From Capsulimonadales bacterium (GTDB taxonomy: Bacteria; Armatimonadota; Armatimonadia; Armatimonadales; Armatimonadaceae), in NCBI GenBank assembly GCA_033762295.1, contig JANRLW010000130.1, positions 1 to 54,800 of the forward strand: a stretch of 54,800 nt of DNA, in the 5' to 3' direction. A model generated the notes under the pieces. That model did no database searches. It was not told the DNA's origin and saw only the letters and a list, made by a program, of their open reading frames with translations. Numbering within the stretch: position 1 is the first letter of the stretch; every line of letters starts with the position of its first letter. The translations under genes were made by a program, and so were the position numbers. Below, in pieces: positions 49,685 through 54,800 of this stretch.

Positions 49685-50278
49685 ATGCGACTTCGATCCC
49701 TCGTTCTTTTGCCCGCCACACTCTGGCTGACGTCCGCCGTATACGCCCAGGAGGCGGCCACGCCGCCCGCGGTCGCCGGCAACGAACCCGTCTCCGCCGG
49801 TCAGGCCAACCGGCGTCGTTTCTCCCTGCGCATCGGTCCGGATTATACGATCTACCGTCCCGCATCCGCCCGAACCGGGCAGCGTTTCTCCGGAACCTGG
49901 CGGCAGTTCGGCTGGGGATGGGGTACGTTCGTCACCCCGAAGGCGGGGCTTCACTCCCAGTTCAACACCGAATTCCTTATCGGAAAATCCGGCGACAATC
50001 GAGTCTACCTGTTGCCGGTGCAGTTCGGAGCGATTCAGGGTTGGAAGGTAGGCAGCGCCACTCTCTACGCCGGCCTGACGGGCGGTCCGTGCGGCGTGAA
50101 CCTGCGCGCGGACCCGGAAGGGGTCAAGGCCGGATGGCGGGTCGCTCCCTCCGCGGCTCTGACCGCCGGTGCGAACCTGTCGCGGCGCGCCTACTTTGAA
50201 ATGCAGTATTACCGGATCAACCCGGTCCGAGGGTTCGACTTCTCCGGAACGAACCTGAGTGCGGGCTTTCGTTTCTGA
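49685..50278 (+). CDS. Secreted protein, probable small outer-membrane beta-barrel
   Basis: Signal peptide (AVYA), alternating amphipathic strands, C-terminal GFRF. Confidence 0.7.
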   Translation: MRLRSLVLLPATLWLTSAVYAQEAATPPAVAGNEPVSAGQANRRRFSLRIGPDYTIYRPASARTGQRFSGTWRQFGWGWGTFVTPKAGLHSQFNTEFLIGKSGDNRVYLLPVQFGAIQGWKVGSATLYAGLTGGPCGVNLRADPEGVKAGWRVAPSAALTAGANLSRRAYFEMQYYRINPVRGFDFSGTNLSAGFRF

Positions 50279-50374
50279 ACGGATAGGCGGTAGGAGCAGT
50301 GTCAGATACCCCCGCCTAAAGGCAGGGGGCTTGCGCCTAACCCGTGACGCCCTGCGTTTTCACGCGGGGCAGGT

Positions 50375-51514
50375 TCACGCGGGGCAGGGTTGGCACAATA
50401 GGCGTTCTGACAGGGACGCCCGTGCTTCTATGTTCCGCGCCGCGTTGCGGTCAGCGTTCTCACAGAAGCCACATTGGAGACATTCAAACGATGCTTGGCT
50501 CTTTCGATTGGCTTTGTCGCAGTATCCGCAGGCAGAGCAGGTGCGAGAAGTGTTTCGAGGGTCAACCAGAAACACGGGTACTCCCGCCGCCTGCGCCTTG
50601 TAGGAGAGGAACTGCCTGAGTTGATAGAACGACCAACCGCCGAGCAACCATCGCATCTGACGCGAAACCGTTTCTGCCCTGTCCCGAATACCCGTCAGGT
50701 CTTCGAGGGCGAGTGCCTTGCGTTCAAGGGAGGCTGTGTGGACGAGTGCTTTAGAAATCTTGTAGTTCGTGTCGCGGGTGAAGCGAGACACCTTCTGACG
50801 TATCCGCTTCAAATGCCGCTTCGCGCTTCGCGTCCCCTTCGACTGCAAAAGGGAGCGGATGCGGCGGTACTTTCGCCGAACGGACTTGACTGCTTCGCCC
50901 GAATAGGCGTTACCGTGGCTGTCCGTCGCCAATTCGACAATGCCGAGGTCAACGCCGAGAACTCCGTCAGCGACCAGTTCGGGCGTTTCGACTTCAATAA
51001 CGACGTGCAGGAAAAAGCAGTCGGTCTTGCGGTCGTAGCACAGGTCGGCAGAGGCGGTCAGACATTCGGCGTACCGCTGGTAGTGCTGACAAAGGCGGAA
51101 GGAGACGCCGACGCGCCCCGCGCTGGTGGCGAGGGAGGCGACGCCTTCGGACAGTTTCACCCAGTAAGAGCGGGCGTCGTAACGGATGGGGCAGAGGGTG
51201 GATTGAGGGCAAGAAACCGCCTTGCCCTGCTTGCGCCGCTCCTCCGTGGATTTGAGGGCTTCGGTCGCCTTCCTCCGCGCCGACACGACCAACTGCGACG
51301 GGAGCGAAGGGTAATCGGCGCGGAGGGTCTTGTAGGTGGCGTGATGCAGGCGCGTCCCGTTGCGCTCCCTGTTGTCCCACCCGTAGCGGCACACGGCGTT
51401 GACGCAGGCGGTGGACTGGCGCAGGGTGTCCAGCAGAGCCGCCTTCGTAGCGTCGTCCGTGTGCAGTTTCAGGCGCAGGGTCAGCCGACAAACCGCAGGT
51501 TTGCTCGCGTTCAC
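50375..51514 (-). CDS. tnpB: RNA-guided endonuclease TnpB
   Basis: RuvC GVDLG, LEDL, ADRNAARNI; Zn finger CSACG/CLQCG; GTG start directly after the tnpA TAG. Confidence 0.95.
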   Translation of the reverse strand: MNASKPAVCRLTLRLKLHTDDATKAALLDTLRQSTACVNAVCRYGWDNRERNGTRLHHATYKTLRADYPSLPSQLVVSARRKATEALKSTEERRKQGKAVSCPQSTLCPIRYDARSYWVKLSEGVASLATSAGRVGVSFRLCQHYQRYAECLTASADLCYDRKTDCFFLHVVIEVETPELVADGVLGVDLGIVELATDSHGNAYSGEAVKSVRRKYRRIRSLLQSKGTRSAKRHLKRIRQKVSRFTRDTNYKISKALVHTASLERKALALEDLTGIRDRAETVSRQMRWLLGGWSFYQLRQFLSYKAQAAGVPVFLVDPRNTSRTCSACGYCDKANRKSQASFECLQCGFCENADRNAARNIEARASLSERLLCQPCPA

Positions 51515-51910
51515 CTACTTCCCCCTCTGGTTTTCGATGTACGCCTGAACGACGCTATCGGAGGCGTGACCTACGCTCCCCACGTACCAACTCCTCGTCC
51601 ACAGCGACGGCATTTTCAGCAGGTGCGGGAACTCCTCGCGCAGTCGGCGCGACGAAACACCCTTGACCTGATTGACGATGTAGGAAGGGGCAAGGTCGGG
51701 TTTCGCGGCGACGAACAGGTGAACGTGGTCGGGCATTACTTCCAGCGCGATAACGTCGGCTTCGAGTTCGGCACACTTCTCCCGAACCAACTCCTCACAT
51801 CGCTTCGCCACATCGCCGACAAGACACTTGCGGCGGTACTTCGGGCAGAACACGATGTGGTAGTTGAGGTTGTGGACGCGGCTCCCGGATTTTCGATAAT
51901 CCCTGCCCAT
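51515..51910 (-). CDS. tnpA: IS200-type Y1 HUH transposase
   Basis: YHIVFCPKYR, DHVH, KG.SS, YIENQ. Confidence 0.96.
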   Translation of the reverse strand: MGRDYRKSGSRVHNLNYHIVFCPKYRRKCLVGDVAKRCEELVREKCAELEADVIALEVMPDHVHLFVAAKPDLAPSYIVNQVKGVSSRRLREEFPHLLKMPSLWTRSWYVGSVGHASDSVVQAYIENQRGK

Positions 51911-51917
51911 CGAGAAC

Positions 51918-51946
51918 ATTACACCGCAGAACGATGCGCTTGTCAA
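51918..51946 (-). promoter_or_regulatory. tnpA promoter, leaderless
   Basis: TTGACA-17 nt-TGTAAT, 7 nt before the ATG. Confidence 0.7.
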
Positions 51947-52051
51947 AACTCGGGAGGCTCTGAACGCCGCTTCGCGGCTTCTGTCCTCCTCGGAAGGAGG
52001 ACGCGGCTTACCTCCCCCGCCTAAAGGCAGGGGGTCTCACGCCGCAATTTT

Positions 52052-52417
52052 ATGAAACGATGGATTTCGGCCCCGACGGGCCTTCGGAAACGGATGGCGG
52101 AAAGAACCTTGCTTCTTTCCGCTTCGGTCCGGGATGTCCTGACACTTCTCATCGTAACGGAACGATCCGGTCTCCGTTTTCGGAATCGTTCGCTCGGCGC
52201 GATCATCAATCGAGGACGCTTCTGTGCCATCCTTCTCCTGGCTCTTTTGCCGTTCGTCCTCTATCAGACGATATCGACGGGCAGGGGCGCGGCATCGGGC
52301 GGAACGAACGAAGCGCGCGTCGCCTCCGGTCCCCTGCTTCGCATGTTCCGGGATGCGCAAGGCCTCCCCGGCGAGGAGGTCGTCCCCCACACGGTGGACG
52401 TGTCCCGGATGAATTAA
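52052..52417 (+). CDS. Hypothetical membrane protein separated from its RBS by the IS
   Basis: 121 aa with a TM segment FCAILLLALLPFVLY; ATG abuts the IS boundary; AGGAG lies on the other side of the IS. Confidence 0.55.
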   Translation: MKRWISAPTGLRKRMAERTLLLSASVRDVLTLLIVTERSGLRFRNRSLGAIINRGRFCAILLLALLPFVLYQTISTGRGAASGGTNEARVASGPLLRMFRDAQGLPGEEVVPHTVDVSRMN

Positions 52418-52428
52418 GGTCCTTCTCC

Positions 52429-52527
52429 GCTTCGAGCTTTACTTCTTTCTGCGGGCGATGACACCAACCGCAAACGACAGGAGGAGGGCAGGAGTCGCTG
52501 GTTCCGGAGCGGCGGCGTTCCACTCAC
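52429..52527 (-). pseudogene. Orphan duplicated PEP-CTERM tail (copy of 53365-53461)
   Basis: Near-identical ~98 bp with two substitutions and a 2-nt insertion; encodes AAPEPATPALLLSFAVGVIARRKK*. Confidence 0.85.
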
Positions 52528-52633
52528 TCGAGACGCGCTGCGGCTACGGAAACGATACTACGATATTGCTTAATTACTACGTCCTCCCTGCGATACGTTT
52601 GCTCTTGAGGCACCCGCGATGGGTATCCTCCGA

Positions 52634-53320
52634 TTATCCTCGTCGCCGTCGCGCGGCGATTCCGCCAACCAGGCCAATACCGAGAAGGGCTATTGTGCCG
52701 GGTTCCGGCGCGGCGGCAGAGGAGGAGTTGAGCAGCGTAAAGGCCATCTCTCCCCGGTTAATGGCCCATGAACTGGTTTGTGTAGGGCGGCTGAACACGC
52801 TCCCGAAGCCAGAGTTCACTCCCCAAAACCAGTCATCGTCGGGATCGTTCGTGGTTTCGCTGACGATGGAGATGACGTAGGTTCCGGCATTAAGGGTGAC
52901 ATCGGTAGCAAGGTTCGCCTCATAGGAGTAGACATCAAACCTGCCTGCATCCACACCGGTGTCTGTGCGTCCAATATCTCCCAGCACAAATGTTCCTCCG
53001 GTAAACGGATTGATGTCGGGGACACCTTCGGTCATGGTGTAGAACGAAATCGTGAAGTTGTCCGGATTGACGGTCGGGGTGTTGGTAAAGGCATACATTC
53101 CAAGGAACTGCACTTGATTGAAGGTGGACGTTGCCCCAAAAGTGAACGTGTCCCCGATAAAACTCGGGGCGTCCGGGTCGCTTGCGAAACCGCCCTCGAT
53201 ATTGACGGTATTGATCCCGTTGTCATAGACAATGGTCTGTGCCTGTACAGGCGCGTTGAACTGGGCGGCAAGTGCCGCGACAGAGACGAGACCGACGAGA
53301 GAGTGACGAAAAAACTGCAT
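52634..53320 (-). CDS. PEP-CTERM sorting domain protein
   Basis: Signal peptide (PVQA); APEPGTIALLGIGLVGGIAARRRRG. Confidence 0.92.
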   Translation of the reverse strand: MQFFRHSLVGLVSVAALAAQFNAPVQAQTIVYDNGINTVNIEGGFASDPDAPSFIGDTFTFGATSTFNQVQFLGMYAFTNTPTVNPDNFTISFYTMTEGVPDINPFTGGTFVLGDIGRTDTGVDAGRFDVYSYEANLATDVTLNAGTYVISIVSETTNDPDDDWFWGVNSGFGSVFSRPTQTSSWAINRGEMAFTLLNSSSAAAPEPGTIALLGIGLVGGIAARRRRG

Positions 53321-53374
53321 TTTGTATGCGCCTTTCACCGGTCGTATTCACCGGGTATGCCGTTGCTTCGAGCT

Positions 53375-54049
53375 TTACTTCTTTCTGCGGGCGATGACAC
53401 CAACCGCAAACGGCAGGAGGAGGGCAAGAGTCGCTGGTTCCGGAGCGGCGGTTCCACTCACCCCGAATACTTGAACATGGTCCATTTCGTAAAACACACC
53501 CGTGGACATGGTGATGGTCACTTCGGAAATGCCTGCCGGATCGTGGACACCGAGGAATCCGGCGACTCCCCCACCGGGAATATGCAATGTTGTTAGTGCC
53601 GGAGAAGTCACGCCATTTACCGTCATGCTGAAATCAGCACCAGTGGAGTTGAAGTCATCAAATATCCACAGTCCGAAACCCTCGACTGGTTGAGAAAGGG
53701 TGAAGAGGGTCGGTACATTACCGGACTGAGGCAGCAATGCCTGACCAAACACCGTACCGGGAGACGAAGTCACCCCCCAGGAACCGGGAAAGAGTACCAG
53801 GGGTTGGCCTGTCCCGACTTCGGTTGCGGTGATGCTGACGGGGCCGACCGAAAACGGTGTGGCGGTTGCCAGGGAATCGAAATCTTGTTCAAAGATGACG
53901 GGTGCCAGACTGCGCCACGCGAGGTCCAAATCCGGGTCGGTTCCGGGAGCCACAAAGAACGTCGGCGCGCTCCATACCGGAGCGATACCGACCAGGACGG
54001 TTGCCACACTGGCGGTGAGAGACCCGAGAGATCGTGAGAAAAAACGCAT
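53375..54049 (-). CDS. PEP-CTERM sorting domain protein
   Basis: Signal peptide; APEPATLALLLPFAVGVIARRKK; RBS GAGG. Confidence 0.92.
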   Translation of the reverse strand: MRFFSRSLGSLTASVATVLVGIAPVWSAPTFFVAPGTDPDLDLAWRSLAPVIFEQDFDSLATATPFSVGPVSITATEVGTGQPLVLFPGSWGVTSSPGTVFGQALLPQSGNVPTLFTLSQPVEGFGLWIFDDFNSTGADFSMTVNGVTSPALTTLHIPGGGVAGFLGVHDPAGISEVTITMSTGVFYEMDHVQVFGVSGTAAPEPATLALLLPFAVGVIARRKK

Positions 54050-54079
54050 CAAACTATCCTCATGAAGTAACAGAAAATG

Positions 54080-54718
54080 TTAGACGTTCCTTCGTCGTGC
54101 CGCGATTGCCCCGACCAGACCGATACCCAGCAGGACAATAGTCCCGGGTTCCGGAGCCGCCGAGGAACTGAAGATGGCGGTTGCCTGGATGGAGTAGTCG
54201 CGCGTATTGCCGCCATTCAGAACCTGAACTCCGGAGCCTAGATTGGCTCCCGCAAAGAGGTTCAGCGGATCGGTACCAACTGTCACGGTCGTGTTGTTCC
54301 CTGAGCTGGACGGTGCAACAAAATCCAGTGGAACAACTCCTATGTCTTGCCACCAGCCAAACAGTGTCCCCGATGTAACCGACGCGCTACCGCTGGTAAG
54401 TCCGAAGGCAAAACTCTGTAAGCCTGCACCTGAGTTAGAACGTTGCGTGCCGACACCGGACACGATGAAATCTGCCCCGGACTTCGTGAGTAGCAAGGGT
54501 ATGACAGAACCACCAACCGAGATGTCGTTGAAGAATGCCCAGGTGGTAAGGGTTCCGGGTTGAGTGAAACCGTCATGCAGTGCAATGACAAGAGGAACCG
54601 AACTGTCCAAAACCGGTCGTGAGATGAGAGCAGCCCCAATGGTCTCCTGGGCGAAAGTCGGAGCGGTTGCGGTCAAGAGTGCCAGAATGATGCCTGGCAG
54701 GAATCGTTTTGTTTGCAT
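54080..54718 (-). CDS. PEP-CTERM sorting domain protein
   Basis: Signal peptide (PTFA); APEPGTIVLLGIGLVGAIAARRRNV. Confidence 0.92.
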   Translation of the reverse strand: MQTKRFLPGIILALLTATAPTFAQETIGAALISRPVLDSSVPLVIALHDGFTQPGTLTTWAFFNDISVGGSVIPLLLTKSGADFIVSGVGTQRSNSGAGLQSFAFGLTSGSASVTSGTLFGWWQDIGVVPLDFVAPSSSGNNTTVTVGTDPLNLFAGANLGSGVQVLNGGNTRDYSIQATAIFSSSAAPEPGTIVLLGIGLVGAIAARRRNV

Positions 54719-54751
54719 GGATGTTTGCCTTTCTAGATCAAGTTTGCGAAG

Positions 54752-54800
54752 TTAGGAGCGACGACGGCGCAAAGCAAGCGCAAAGCCCGGAATAGCGAGG
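54752..54800 (-). CDS. 3' end of a further probable PEP-CTERM gene (partial)
   Basis: Minus strand reads LAIPGFALALRRRRS*, a hydrophobic plus poly-Arg tail. Confidence 0.7.
   Translation of the reverse strand, partial: LAIPGFALALRRRRS

Larger units (their letters stand above)
50301..52051 (-). mobile_element. Complete IS200/IS605 family element (tnpA-tnpB collinear)
   Basis: Identical 21-nt subterminal hairpin cccccgcctaaaggcaggggg at 50309-50329 and 52014-52034; right end ...TGAC, left end preceded by TTCAT; no terminal inverted repeats or target duplication. Confidence 0.93.

Noticed and set aside
50375..51514. Cas12f or catalytically dead TldR
   Set aside because: No CRISPR array; it is inside IS ends with tnpA, and the RuvC D-E-D triad is intact.

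Overview
GC-rich bacterial chromosome segment. The many APEPGT-type PEP-CTERM proteins and a DUF1552-like gene suggest an Armatimonadota-like diderm, but the lineage is inferred, not proven. Housekeeping genes: hflX, rplU-rpmA-obgE, ispH, mscL and an LL-DAP-type aminotransferase. Carbohydrate genes: GH16, GH9, two nucleotidyltransferases, a split GT4 + alpha/alpha-toroid pair, GHMP and PfkB kinases. Amino-acid catabolism: a three-gene 4-hydroxyproline pathway and a fused 5-oxoprolinase. Accessory and conflict elements: (1) an orphan Rhs C-terminal module at the left edge that the ORF track misses; (2) a solo McrC/DUF2357-like nuclease, a truncated Uma2 gene and an orphan HigA; (3) an Rpn (YhgA-like) gene with a nested in-frame RBS/ATG for a small C-terminal protein; (4) a complete IS200/IS605 element (tnpA + intact tnpB) whose ends and TAM (TTCAT) can be read from the sequence and which sits exactly between a host RBS and its ATG; (5) an AT-richer tandem array of PEP-CTERM genes with a duplicated orphan sorting tail. 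A promoter-anchored ~109-nt stem-closed RNA candidate lies at 7466-7574. No tRNA, rRNA or CRISPR array was seen. All calls come from motif reading, without database searches.
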